Of a stretch of 64,000 bases of DNA, positions 45,929 through 55,600 are shown in pieces (positions within the stretch are counted from its first letter, which is position 1; each line of letters opens with the position of its first letter). Position numbers and translations under genes: made by a program. The notes below the pieces were generated by a model. The model ran no database searches and had not been told where the DNA came from. It was given only the letters and a program-made list of their open reading frames with translations. This DNA comes from Escherichia coli. Lineage in GTDB: Bacteria > Pseudomonadota > Gammaproteobacteria > Enterobacterales > Enterobacteriaceae. The DNA is taken from NCBI RefSeq assembly GCF_041886205.1, contig NZ_CP169029.1; one strand, written 5' to 3'.

Positions 45929-47410
45929 CTACACTAACCCCAGGCGCTGAAACTGCTCTGGCGGCGCATCATTGTCTTTCATCAACTGAATCAGCAACGC
46001 GATCATCCGGGCCTCGATCGCATCATCATGAATCGGATGCAGCTGCTGCGGATCGTTTTGCAGATCAAACAGCAAATGACCAAACTGATTCAGCCCCTTA
46101 TATTTCTCCTGTGCCGGGATGCGTAGCACCTTTAACCCTTTGGTGAAACGAAACGGTGGAGCCAGCGATAAAGCCCGCATCTCATCCACCGGATAGCGGC
46201 TGTTCATTTTGCAAGCCATTAAGGTGTAGTTAGCAATATCATCCTCACGCCCCGGCAGCGCGGCACGCATATACACATAACGCCCATCGGTTACGTTGAC
46301 ATGACCACTGAAGACACCAAATATAACCGCACTGCGTACCGGTTCATCGTGGCTGACCGTTTTCGCCAGCGGTTGCCCCTGCACATCGGGCGGCACCGGC
46401 TGCTGAAAAAAGTCATACAACGTAGGTGCCCAGTCGATCATCTGCACCAGCGCCTGACGCCGTTCGCCTTTTACACCGCTGCGCGGATCCCATATAAACA
46501 GCGGGTTATTCGCCACTTCGTTGTAATAAGGCATCTGGTTTTTCGCCCACCAGCCATGCTCACCAAGTAAAAAACCGTGGTCGGTGCCAACAATCAGCAT
46601 GGTGTCTCGCCACAGATCGTGCTCATCCATCAGGTCGAGAATGCGCCCCAGGTTACGATCGCACATCGATACCAGCGAGCGATATCGGCAGCGGATATGC
46701 TCCACGGCCTCGTCGCTTTCCTGAACCCTGCCACGTGGCCAGTCATAATACGGCCCGCTCCAGTCATCCTCATATAACGAAAGGTACTCTTCCGTTGTGT
46801 AAAACGGCTCGTGCGGATCAAACGTTTCGACCTGCAATAACCAGTTATCTTGCGCGTGGTTTTTGTGGATAAATGCACAACCCGCGTCAAAGACTTTGGT
46901 TTGGGGAAAATCCGCTTCCTGCTGAATATATTCCCGGTTGGCCCAGTCATGACGCCACAGGCCAGAAACACCGCCGCCGGTCTGCTTTTGCGGCTCCCGT
47001 AGCACCTCGGGAATAGGCGGTTGCGCAACGCTCGCCTGCCAGTGATCGCCTTCCTGGCCGCGCACAATCTCCCATGAACTGTAGCGATTATGGTAATTTC
47101 CGCCACCATCTTCCCAGTAATGCAAATGATCGCTTATCAGGTGGGTATAGATCCCCGCCTTTGTAAGCAGCTCCGGCATGGAGTCGTCAAACGGTTCTAA
47201 CGGCCCCCACTCCCGGTGCAGAAAATTGCATCGCCCGGTATGCAGCTCCCGTCGGGCGGGCATGCAGGGCATACTCCCGACGTAGCTGTTTTCAAAGGTG
47301 GCGGCATGTGCCGCCAGGCGTTGGAAGTTCTCTGCTTTTGTCAATAAGTCGCCATACGGGGGTAAATATCTTTTGTTCAGGCTATCGAACAGGAGAATAA
47401 TGGCTTTCAT
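45929..47410 (-). CDS. Cys-type (formylglycine) sulfatase, predicted cytoplasmic (accessory)
   Basis: 493-aa ORF; intact sulfatase signature C-x-P-x-R-x4-T-G (CMPARRELHTGR) near residue 48; no N-terminal signal peptide (MKAIILLFDSLNKRYLPPYGD); ATG at 47410. Confidence 0.85.
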   Translation of the reverse strand: MKAIILLFDSLNKRYLPPYGDLLTKAENFQRLAAHAATFENSYVGSMPCMPARRELHTGRCNFLHREWGPLEPFDDSMPELLTKAGIYTHLISDHLHYWEDGGGNYHNRYSSWEIVRGQEGDHWQASVAQPPIPEVLREPQKQTGGGVSGLWRHDWANREYIQQEADFPQTKVFDAGCAFIHKNHAQDNWLLQVETFDPHEPFYTTEEYLSLYEDDWSGPYYDWPRGRVQESDEAVEHIRCRYRSLVSMCDRNLGRILDLMDEHDLWRDTMLIVGTDHGFLLGEHGWWAKNQMPYYNEVANNPLFIWDPRSGVKGERRQALVQMIDWAPTLYDFFQQPVPPDVQGQPLAKTVSHDEPVRSAVIFGVFSGHVNVTDGRYVYMRAALPGREDDIANYTLMACKMNSRYPVDEMRALSLAPPFRFTKGLKVLRIPAQEKYKGLNQFGHLLFDLQNDPQQLHPIHDDAIEARMIALLIQLMKDNDAPPEQFQRLGLV

Positions 47411-47422
47411 TGCTCATCCCTT

Positions 47423-47743
47423 TTATTTGTTTATCAGATAAGGGAAATGCTGTTGGACGACTTCATAAATCTGTGCACCAATCGTTTCACCATCCATAAT
47501 ATTTTCAATCGGGATCAGATATTGCCCGTGTTTCGGGTCCAGACTGACTACGTCGAGTAATTTTTTGGAAATAGCAAAAATATCTGCCCAGTCGGTAAAT
47601 CCTCCCACCTCACCTGCGGCAGTATGTTCCATTTCAACTTTGAACTCATATTTCGTCAGTGCTTTTTTAACGACCGTTTGTAACATCACGCTACTACCGA
47701 CACCATAACCACAGACAAACAGAATATTAATTGTATCTTTCAT
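47423..47743 (-). CDS. PTS EIIB component, ascorbate/galactitol-type (accessory)
   Basis: 106-aa ORF with N-terminal phospho-Cys loop ILFVCGYGVGSS, resembling UlaB-type EIIB; tightly spaced between the EIIC and sulfatase genes. Confidence 0.85.
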   Translation of the reverse strand: MKDTINILFVCGYGVGSSVMLQTVVKKALTKYEFKVEMEHTAAGEVGGFTDWADIFAISKKLLDVVSLDPKHGQYLIPIENIMDGETIGAQIYEVVQQHFPYLINK

Positions 47744-47764
47744 TTTTACATCCTTAATAGTGAA

Positions 47765-49090
47765 TTATCCCGCGTAAGGACCAAGGTGGAATGTTGCAGC
47801 GATAAATTTCAGAACTTCACAAATAGCAGGCCATACAGTTGCCCAGTCAAATATTCCTGTCCAGCCGACGCCATTTTCAGCAAGCCCGGTTAACGGAATA
47901 GCCCACACCGTACCGAAGGTCTGAATAATACCCAGCAAGAAGGTACAGATAATTACGGAGCGGTATCCGCCCATGCGGTTTGCTAAAACGCCAATCGGGC
48001 CGCCTGAGAAAAATAACGGTACAAAGCCTGGCAATACCATAATGGGGCTGTGGATCAGTAATAAGATACCCATCGAGAAAATGGTGCCAAAAGTACAGAA
48101 GACAAAACCTAACGTTGCGGCTTTGGGTGAAAAAGGCAACAGCGCGGCGACATCGACGGCGGGAATGGCATTAGGAATAAAGCGATCCTGCCAGCCTTTA
48201 AAAGAACCGTTAATTTCACCGACCATCATGCGCACGCCCTGCAACAGAATGACCATGTACATGGAGAACTGTAAGCCCAGGTTGATAATATAGATGTACC
48301 AGGGTTTACCTTTTGCCATCATCTGAACGTTATCGATGCCCGTGGAGAGCAGGAACCCGCCAACAAACAGCGTCATCACAATGGCGATAGCCGTCACGTT
48401 GTGGTTAAAAATCGCCAGCCAGCCGGGGAGTTTCAGGTTTTCAGCATCGTGCTTTTCCGGGTCGCCAAATTTATGCGCGAATTTGGAGAAAAACCACAAA
48501 CCCAACATCTGGTTATGGGCAATGGTAAAACCGGCATCTTTGGTCACTTTGGCAATGGGTTTAGCAATGAGCGTGGTGGAAAAAGCCCAGAATATACCCG
48601 TTAATACCCCGGCGATAATAATCGATGTAGTCCAGCTAAATCCTAACCAAAAAACGATTAACCATAATACTGCCTGAGAATGTGACACACCGGTATTACC
48701 GGTCAGGAATATTCCTTTGGCACCGGTATAGCGACCAAACAGCACCAGTAAGAGGTTGGTAAAAAACGCCAGAACAAATACATAACCTACGTAACCAAAA
48801 TTATCCCCCAACGCAATTTGCGTTGCGGCTTTCATGGCGTAGGAATCCATTAAATAACCGTGAACGCCATAGGCTTTACTTACCGCTTCTGCCACCGGTT
48901 TAAAGGTTGCGGAAAACTGAAAACCACCAAATAGCACCATCATTAATCCCACCATGGCACTGACCATACCGGTGATTATTTTGATGGGCGATTTTTTATC
49001 GAGGGCATAACCAATGCCCACCAGCAAACCAATTAATATTGCGGGTTCGGTTAAAAACGTTTGAATAACATCTATGAATTTGGCAAACAT
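47765..49090 (-). CDS. PTS EIIC permease, ascorbate (UlaA/SgaT) family (accessory)
   Basis: ORF track 47765..49108; clear similarity to UlaA (e.g. LQGVRMMVGEI...PGFVPLFFSGGPIGVLANRMGGYRS versus UlaA TQGVRMFVAEL...[25 protein letters not shown]). Start preferred at ATG 49090 (MFAKFIDV), which has a GGAGGG Shine-Dalgarno 10 nt upstream; 49108 is the alternative. Confidence 0.85.
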   Translation of the reverse strand: MFAKFIDVIQTFLTEPAILIGLLVGIGYALDKKSPIKIITGMVSAMVGLMMVLFGGFQFSATFKPVAEAVSKAYGVHGYLMDSYAMKAATQIALGDNFGYVGYVFVLAFFTNLLLVLFGRYTGAKGIFLTGNTGVSHSQAVLWLIVFWLGFSWTTSIIIAGVLTGIFWAFSTTLIAKPIAKVTKDAGFTIAHNQMLGLWFFSKFAHKFGDPEKHDAENLKLPGWLAIFNHNVTAIAIVMTLFVGGFLLSTGIDNVQMMAKGKPWYIYIINLGLQFSMYMVILLQGVRMMVGEINGSFKGWQDRFIPNAIPAVDVAALLPFSPKAATLGFVFCTFGTIFSMGILLLIHSPIMVLPGFVPLFFSGGPIGVLANRMGGYRSVIICTFLLGIIQTFGTVWAIPLTGLAENGVGWTGIFDWATVWPAICEVLKFIAATFHLGPYAG

Positions 49091-49296
49091 CGTCGGAACG
49101 CCCTCCATAAGCGTACATTTCCGTTGTCAATGCATGAACCTTCTGCTGACGTTAATAATGCTTCAGGTATTTTTTATTTTTCGCTAAGCGATGCCTCTGC
49201 TAGTATTCGGTAAACGCACTGTAGTAATCAAAACAGTTCATTTAAAGATCTTATTTGATTATTTGTGATTTGATTTGCAAAAATAGCGCAATATAT

Positions 49297-49338
49297 AACC
49301 GTGATCGATCGGTTAATATTAATCGATCGATCACGGTT
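49297..49338. promoter_or_regulatory. 42-bp near-perfect palindrome between the rlmC stop and the PTS-sulfatase cassette promoter (operator, terminator or insertion-junction candidate)
   Basis: aaccgtgatcgatcggtt-aatatt-aatcgatcgatcacggtt: 18-bp arms with one mismatch around a central AATATT. Confidence 0.4.
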
Positions 49339-49388
49339 ATTATTTGGAATGGATGTATGCCGAAGTGATATTGATTTGAGTGATGTAT

Positions 49389-50516
49389 TTACATTTTTAC
49401 CAGCAGCGTCAGCACTTCATAGTGCGCGGTGTGCGGGAACATATCAAAAAGCTGTACCCGTTCAATACGAAACCCAGGCAGTTCGCGGATATCTTTCGCC
49501 ATAGTTTGGGCGTTACAGCTGGAGTAGATAATAAAACGCGGTGCCATCGTTGAGAGATAATCACACAGCGGTTTACCAATGCCGCGGCGCGGCGGGTTAA
49601 CCAGCACCAGCTCCGGCACCTCCCCCTGAGCGGTGGCAAACTGAGTGGAGTCCAGCGCCTGAAATTGCAAACGCGTTAAGCCCAGTTCAGCGGCTGACTG
49701 CTTTGCACAGGCAATGGCCTCTGGCGCAATTTCGATCCCGGTTAACTGCATGTCAGGCGTCGCGCAGTGTAAACCAAAGCCCCCCACACCGCAGAACAGA
49801 TCCCACATATGTTTAACCGGCAGCTGTCGTACCCAGTCGCGCGCGGTGGCGTACAACTGGCTGGCGACAGCCGGATTAGTCTGGAAGAAACTTTGCGGAC
49901 GGATCCACAGCGGTACGTCATTAAAACGCTCCGCCAGCGACTGTTGTTCGGTCAGGTAGATCTCCGTCTCCCCTTCCATAATCGCCATATGTACCGGCTG
50001 AATATTGACGGTAATAACTTTCAGCTGCGGTAGTTGTTCCTGTAACCACGGCAATGCCTTACGCAGTTGTGCCAGTTTGGTTTCAGAACGCAGTACAAAG
50101 CGCAGCATCATGCCGCCATCGCTCTGGCTTTCAGTCAGCAGAATGTATTTCAGTTCGCCACGCTTACGCGCCACGTTGTAGGGCGTTAACCCCGCTCGGG
50201 CGATAAACGGTTTTAGCGCCGCAAAAACGGGCGCAAATGAGGCAGGATAAAGCGGGCAGTCACAAAGGTCTTCTGGTGTGCCGTCGCGATGCAGCATACC
50301 GAGCAGTGGTTTTTCAACGCTACCACTCACCACCATTTTGGCTTTATTACGAAACCCTTGTTCCGGGCCTGACACCGGCGCGCACCATTCCTCAACCGGA
50401 AAGTCGGCGAGCAGATTTTTAAGATCGGCGGTTTTAGCGGAGAGTTGCTCTGGAATCGGCTGCGTTATCCACTGACAGGAACGACAGCGACCCGCGTCGT
50501 AAAGTGCGCACTGCAT
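49389..50516 (-). CDS. rlmC: 23S rRNA (uracil747-C5)-methyltransferase RlmC
   Basis: 375-aa ORF with N-terminal Cys cluster (CRSCQW) and SAM-dependent MTase motifs ([12 protein letters not shown]). Confidence 0.95.
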   Translation of the reverse strand: MQCALYDAGRCRSCQWITQPIPEQLSAKTADLKNLLADFPVEEWCAPVSGPEQGFRNKAKMVVSGSVEKPLLGMLHRDGTPEDLCDCPLYPASFAPVFAALKPFIARAGLTPYNVARKRGELKYILLTESQSDGGMMLRFVLRSETKLAQLRKALPWLQEQLPQLKVITVNIQPVHMAIMEGETEIYLTEQQSLAERFNDVPLWIRPQSFFQTNPAVASQLYATARDWVRQLPVKHMWDLFCGVGGFGLHCATPDMQLTGIEIAPEAIACAKQSAAELGLTRLQFQALDSTQFATAQGEVPELVLVNPPRRGIGKPLCDYLSTMAPRFIIYSSCNAQTMAKDIRELPGFRIERVQLFDMFPHTAHYEVLTLLVKM

Positions 50517-50556
50517 ACATTGACCTTCACATCATCAGGGGCGACGATTATACACA

Positions 50557-51045
50557 TTATTGCAACTGGAAGAACCGCCGACTGGTCGAGGGAACGAACA
50601 GTAGCATCAGGATGAGCATATCCGGCAATTTCTGCAGCATCAGGCTATGGAAGATTTCACGTTTTGATTCACCGGGAATGCTGAACAGCTCCGGATAACC
50701 ATACCCCAGCGAAGCCGCCCACAAGTAACTTGCGGCCGTGATTTGTGTCAGCAGATACAGCCAGCGCGCCCAGCGACGCCCTTTCACCAGTGAAAACGCA
50801 CACCAGATCTCAATGAAAACCAGCACCAGACTGCTTAAAAAGACCAGCGTTAAACTCCAGGTTTGTACGCTGCGATGAATGAACTCGCCAATACCGCGCA
50901 CGCCCAGCGTATTGAAAATCATCAGCACGTCGAGGCCACGGATCATAATAATGGCGAGCGCCGCCACCTGCACCAGCGCAGGTACATTCAGGCGAGCATG
51001 AGATGAAGATGTTTTCTTAAAAAATCCCAACGTTTCGTCTTCCAT
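50557..51045 (-). CDS. ybjO: Inner-membrane protein YbjO
   Basis: 162-aa hydrophobic ORF; conserved position between potI and rlmC. Confidence 0.92.
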   Translation of the reverse strand: MEDETLGFFKKTSSSHARLNVPALVQVAALAIIMIRGLDVLMIFNTLGVRGIGEFIHRSVQTWSLTLVFLSSLVLVFIEIWCAFSLVKGRRWARWLYLLTQITAASYLWAASLGYGYPELFSIPGESKREIFHSLMLQKLPDMLILMLLFVPSTSRRFFQLQ

Positions 51046-51104
51046 GAAAACAATGCCGCGACATGCGCGGCATTATGTAGCCAGGTTGGCAAATTTTAGT
51101 GTCT

Positions 51105-51950
51105 TCAGCCACGTCTTGCACGCTGGATATCGCGTATCCGCTGCTTTTCTGCGCGCGCCATCAGATACCAGGCGATAAATCCGACAATTCCGACCGCGCC
51201 GAGGATTAACGTCGCCAGGGCGTTAATTTCCGGATTCACCCCCATCCGCACGCTGGAGAAGACCAGCATCGGTAACGTGGTGGCTCCCGGCCCGGAAACA
51301 AAGCTGGCGATCACCAGATCATCAAGCGACAAAGTAAAAGCAAGCAGCCAGCCAGAAATGATCGCGGGCATGATCATCGGTAGCGTAATGACGAAAAACA
51401 CTTTCAGCGGCGTCGCACCGAGATCCATCGCCGCTTCTTCTATCGAGCGATCCAGTTCCCGCAGACGCGAAGAAATAACGACCGCCACATAAGCCGTACA
51501 GAAAGTGACATGCGCCAGCCAGATGGTGAGCATACCGCGGTCCGCAGGCCAGCCGATGGCGTGTGCAAGCGCGACAAACAGTAGCAGCAACGACAGCCCA
51601 GTGATCACATCCGGCATCACCAGCGGCGCGGTGATCATAAAGGCAAAGCCATTTGATCCGCGAAACCTGCCAAAGCGCACCAGCACCACCGCCGCGATAG
51701 TACCGAGGACAGCCGCCGCCGTCGCCGCACAGGCGGCAATCGTCAGGCTTAAACCCACCGCGCTCATCATCGCGTCATCACGCAATAATTCGCCGTACCA
51801 GCGCGTTGACCAGCCCGCCCATACCGTCACCAGCTTCGAGCTGTTAAACGAATAGATAACCAGCATCAACATTGGCGCATAGAGAAAGGTGAAGCCCAGC
51901 AGCAAAATCACAATCCGCCAGGGCGAACGAACTACCGGTAAATTATTCAT
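51105..51950 (-). CDS. potI: Putrescine ABC transporter permease PotI
   Basis: ORF track 51105..51992; start trimmed to MNNLPVVRSPWRIVILLLGF (281 aa); overlaps the potH stop. Confidence 0.95.
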   Translation of the reverse strand: MNNLPVVRSPWRIVILLLGFTFLYAPMLMLVIYSFNSSKLVTVWAGWSTRWYGELLRDDAMMSAVGLSLTIAACAATAAAVLGTIAAVVLVRFGRFRGSNGFAFMITAPLVMPDVITGLSLLLLFVALAHAIGWPADRGMLTIWLAHVTFCTAYVAVVISSRLRELDRSIEEAAMDLGATPLKVFFVITLPMIMPAIISGWLLAFTLSLDDLVIASFVSGPGATTLPMLVFSSVRMGVNPEINALATLILGAVGIVGFIAWYLMARAEKQRIRDIQRARRG

Positions 51951-52900
51951 CCGTGTTCTCCCACGCTTTTTTGCTGGTGTTTGTGAAACCACATTATCGG
52001 CACAATTAGCAGCAGCAACATGATGATCGCTACCGCCGAGGCCACCGGCCAGTCGCGGTTGTTAAAGAACTCCTGCCATAGCACGCGCCCGATCATGATG
52101 CTGTCCGGGCCACCGAGCAGTTCCGGGATCACAAACTCGCCCACAGCCGGGATAAACACCAGCATCGATCCGGCAATAATCCCACCTTTAGTCAGCGGCA
52201 CGATCACAGTAAAGAACGTTTTCAGCGGTCGTGCACCGAGATCCAGCGCTGCTTCCACCAGCGAATAATCAATACGAATCAACGCGGTATAAATCGGCAG
52301 TACCATAAACGGCACGTAAGCGTAAACAATGCCGATATAAACGGCCAGATTGGTATGCAGAATGGTCAGCGGTTGATCGATAACCCCCAGCCACAGCAGA
52401 AAATTATTCAGCACACCGTTGTTTTTTAATATTCCCATCCAGGCATAAACGCGGATCAGAAACGAGGTCCACGACGGCAGGATCACCAGTAGTAATAAAA
52501 TATTACGGGTCGAAGGCTTACTGTGCGCCACCGCCCACGCCAGCGGATAGCCGATCAGTAAACAGCAAAATGTCGAAATCGCCGCCACCTGTAACGACTG
52601 GAGATAAGCATCGAAATAGAGCGGATCGTCGGTCAGTTGCAGGAAATTACCGAAATTAAGGGTGATGGACAGTTGCCCGTCAGCCCACTCCATCAGTTCG
52701 GTATAAGGTGGAATAGCGCGCGCCATCTCCGCCAGGCTTATTTTAAAGACAATCAGAAATGGCAATAGAAACAGCAGGATTAGCCAGATATACGGCAACG
52801 CAATGACCAGTTTGCGCCCATGCTTCATTTGCAACTGCGACAACCACAGCTTAAATCCGCCCGGCGGTCTCGACTGGGCAGCAGGTTCAAGTGTACTCAT
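51947..52900 (-). CDS. potH: Putrescine ABC transporter permease PotH
   Basis: 317-aa polytopic ORF MSTLEPAAQSRPPGGFKLWL. Confidence 0.96.
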   Translation of the reverse strand: MSTLEPAAQSRPPGGFKLWLSQLQMKHGRKLVIALPYIWLILLFLLPFLIVFKISLAEMARAIPPYTELMEWADGQLSITLNFGNFLQLTDDPLYFDAYLQSLQVAAISTFCCLLIGYPLAWAVAHSKPSTRNILLLLVILPSWTSFLIRVYAWMGILKNNGVLNNFLLWLGVIDQPLTILHTNLAVYIGIVYAYVPFMVLPIYTALIRIDYSLVEAALDLGARPLKTFFTVIVPLTKGGIIAGSMLVFIPAVGEFVIPELLGGPDSIMIGRVLWQEFFNNRDWPVASAVAIIMLLLLIVPIMWFHKHQQKSVGEHG

Positions 52901-52909
52901 CTTTGCTCC

Positions 52910-54043
52910 TTAAACCGTCAGCACCACACAGCTGTCCACTTCCCAGCACAAACGTACTTCGTCGCCCCAGGTCGGTAACCCTTTACGATGACGATGGGCG
53001 TTTTGTAGCTGGGCGCTGATCATCTGCCCACTTTTCAGACGAACGTGATACACCGAAAGATCGCCGAGATAGGCAATGTGTATCACCTCCCCCACCGCGA
53101 AGTTACAACCATTGGCGGGCGGCTCTTCGCAAAGCATGATTTTTTCCGGACGCAGCGCTACGTGTACCGGCACGTTATCGACTACTGAAGCATCCGCATC
53201 GACTTTCAGTGGATGCACCAGCCCCGGCGAATAAAGCACCAGACCATCTTCCTGACGCTCTTTGAGTACACCTTCAAAGACATTAACCGAACCGATAAAT
53301 TCAGCGCTATAGCGGGTGGTCGGATGCTCGTAGATCTCTTCTGGTTCGCCAATCTGGACAAATTTCCCACGATTCATAATGGCGATGCGCCCCGCCATGG
53401 TCATCGCCTCTTCCTGATCGTGGGTGACCATCACACAAGTCACACCGACGCGCTCCAGAATATCCACCACTTCAAGCTGCATCCGGTCACGCAGCTTTTT
53501 ATCCAGCGCGCCCATCGGCTCGTCGAGCAGTAATAGTTTCGGGCGCTTCGCAAGGCTTCGGGCCAGGGCCACACGTTGTCGCTGACCACCGGAAAGCTGA
53601 TGCGGTTTGCGTTTGGCGAACTCCTGCATATGCACCAGACCGAGCATCTCATTGACCCGGCTGGCAATTTCCGCTTTCGGTAGTTTGTCCTGTTTCAGGC
53701 CAAAAGCGATGTTCTGTTCCACGGTCATATGCGGAAACAGCGCGTAAGACTGAAACATCATATTGATGGGGCGCAGGTAAGGCGGAACCTGTGACAAATC
53801 GACGCCATCAAGCATTATCTGTCCGGCAGAAGGTTGTTCAAAACCTGCCAGCATACGCAGCAGCGTGGACTTGCCACAGCCGGATGCGCCCAGCAGCGCG
53901 AATATTTCGCCTTTATAGATGGTCAGGCTGACATCATCCACCGCATGTTGACCATCGTAGGATTTAGTCAGATTACGGATTTCTAAAAGCGGCGTCAGCG
54001 CCTTACGGGTTTTCGCCTGCGGGCGAGGGATAGCGTCATTCAC
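52910..54043 (-). CDS. potG: Putrescine ABC transporter ATP-binding protein PotG
   Basis: ORF track 52910..54124; start placed at GTG 54043 ((M)NDAIPRPQAKTRK; 377 aa); Walker A GASGCGKST and LSGGQRQR. Confidence 0.92.
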   Translation of the reverse strand: MNDAIPRPQAKTRKALTPLLEIRNLTKSYDGQHAVDDVSLTIYKGEIFALLGASGCGKSTLLRMLAGFEQPSAGQIMLDGVDLSQVPPYLRPINMMFQSYALFPHMTVEQNIAFGLKQDKLPKAEIASRVNEMLGLVHMQEFAKRKPHQLSGGQRQRVALARSLAKRPKLLLLDEPMGALDKKLRDRMQLEVVDILERVGVTCVMVTHDQEEAMTMAGRIAIMNRGKFVQIGEPEEIYEHPTTRYSAEFIGSVNVFEGVLKERQEDGLVLYSPGLVHPLKVDADASVVDNVPVHVALRPEKIMLCEEPPANGCNFAVGEVIHIAYLGDLSVYHVRLKSGQMISAQLQNAHRHRKGLPTWGDEVRLCWEVDSCVVLTV

Positions 54044-54137
54044 GGCTGCTCTCCGGCATTGAATGTGTGCAAGCGCACCATGATGGTGCGAATTGCCGGC
54101 GGGTGTGGTGCACCCGTCCAGCATCTACGACTGCGGA

Positions 54138-55250
54138 TTATTTTCCGCTCTTCACTTTGGTCCACGCGCGGGTGCGCACACGGTCGATTTTCGGGTCCTG
54201 CACTTTCAGAGTGAACATCTTCGCACGGACATCCGCAGGCGGATAAATACCCGGGTTATCACGAACTTCCGCACTCACCAGCGGCGTGGCTGCTTTATTG
54301 GCGTTAGCATAGAACACATGGTCAGAGATATGTGCCACCACATCCGGACGCAGCAGGTAATTCAGGAACTGATAGGCTTCGTCTTTATTTTTGGCATCGG
54401 CAGGCATGGCGAATACATCAAAGAACGCCATCGCCCCTTCTTTTGGAATCGAGAACGAGACATTCACGCCATTCTTCGCTTCCTTCGCGCGGTTTGACGC
54501 CTGCCAGACATCACCTGCCCAACCGATAGCGACGCAAATATCGCCGTTTGCCAGGTCGTTAATGTATTGAGATGAATGGAAATAACGAATGTTCGGGCGC
54601 AGCTTTAACAGCAGATCGGTTGCCGGTCCGGTGTAATCATCTGCTTTAGTGCTGTTGGGATCTTTGCCGAGATAATTCAGCACGGTAGCAAAAACTTCTT
54701 CTGGCGCATCGAGGAAAGATACACCGCAGCTTTTCAGTTTTTCCAGATTTTCAGGCTTGAGGATCAAGTCCCAGCTATCGACGGGCGCGTTTTCGCCCAG
54801 CACCGCTTTGACTTTATCGACGTTATAGCCAATCCCGGTCGTCGCCCACATATAGGGCATAGCAAATTTATTGTCGGGATCGTGTTTGGCGACCAACTTC
54901 AGCAGTTCCGGGTCGAGATTCTTCCACTCCGGCAATTTGCTTTTATCCAGCGGCTGGAAAACTCCCGCTGTCAGCTGGCGTTCAAGAAAGCTTGCTGACG
55001 GCACCACCAGGTCAAAGCCGGTGCTCCCGGCCATTAATTTGCCTTCCAGTACTTCGTTAGAGTCGAAAACATCGTAGACGACTTTAATACCGGTTTCTTT
55101 TTCAAAATTGGCCACCGTGTCCGGGGCGATATAATCAGACCAGTTATAAATGTGGAGTGTTTTTTGTTCAGCCGCGAGCGTGCCGACAGAGACGGCCATC
55201 AGAGCACCCGCAACCAGACCCGATAGCCATTTTTTATTTAAGGCGGTCAT
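54138..55250 (-). CDS. potF: Putrescine-binding periplasmic protein PotF
   Basis: ORF track 54138..55400; start trimmed to MTALNKKWLSGLVAGALMAVSVGTLAAEQ (370 aa, signal peptide). Confidence 0.95.
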   Translation of the reverse strand: MTALNKKWLSGLVAGALMAVSVGTLAAEQKTLHIYNWSDYIAPDTVANFEKETGIKVVYDVFDSNEVLEGKLMAGSTGFDLVVPSASFLERQLTAGVFQPLDKSKLPEWKNLDPELLKLVAKHDPDNKFAMPYMWATTGIGYNVDKVKAVLGENAPVDSWDLILKPENLEKLKSCGVSFLDAPEEVFATVLNYLGKDPNSTKADDYTGPATDLLLKLRPNIRYFHSSQYINDLANGDICVAIGWAGDVWQASNRAKEAKNGVNVSFSIPKEGAMAFFDVFAMPADAKNKDEAYQFLNYLLRPDVVAHISDHVFYANANKAATPLVSAEVRDNPGIYPPADVRAKMFTLKVQDPKIDRVRTRAWTKVKSGK

Positions 55251-55600
55251 ATCTCTTTCCTTCTGAAAGTTCGTTAACAAACGAACAAAAGTTGTCACAC
55301 TGAAAGATATGCAATAAACGTGCATATTTTTTATCGGCGCGGTGTAAGAAAAGAGAACTCTCTCCCGGCCAGCACTGCTCGCTATATAAAAGCATCGCAA
55401 GAATAACTTTAGCCAGGGTTTGAGACTATAGCTCGGATTAAAAAACGGTATTTAACAAATTTTTATGCGTATTTGCTCTATGTGATAAAGCCAAATCGAC
55501 ACAAGAGAAGTGAAATAATCTTTAAGAAAAGGTTAAAAACAGCAGATAATTTTGCAGCGCGCAGTCACTGCGGCAGCGACTGCGTGCTCGAAAGGAGTTA

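Noticed and set aside
46630-47109. 159-aa minus-strand ORF 46630..47109 and plus-strand ORFs 46301..46570 and 46577..46777 inside the sulfatase gene
   Set aside because: Alternative frames or antisense of the 493-aa sulfatase ORF, which carries the diagnostic C-x-P-x-R motif.
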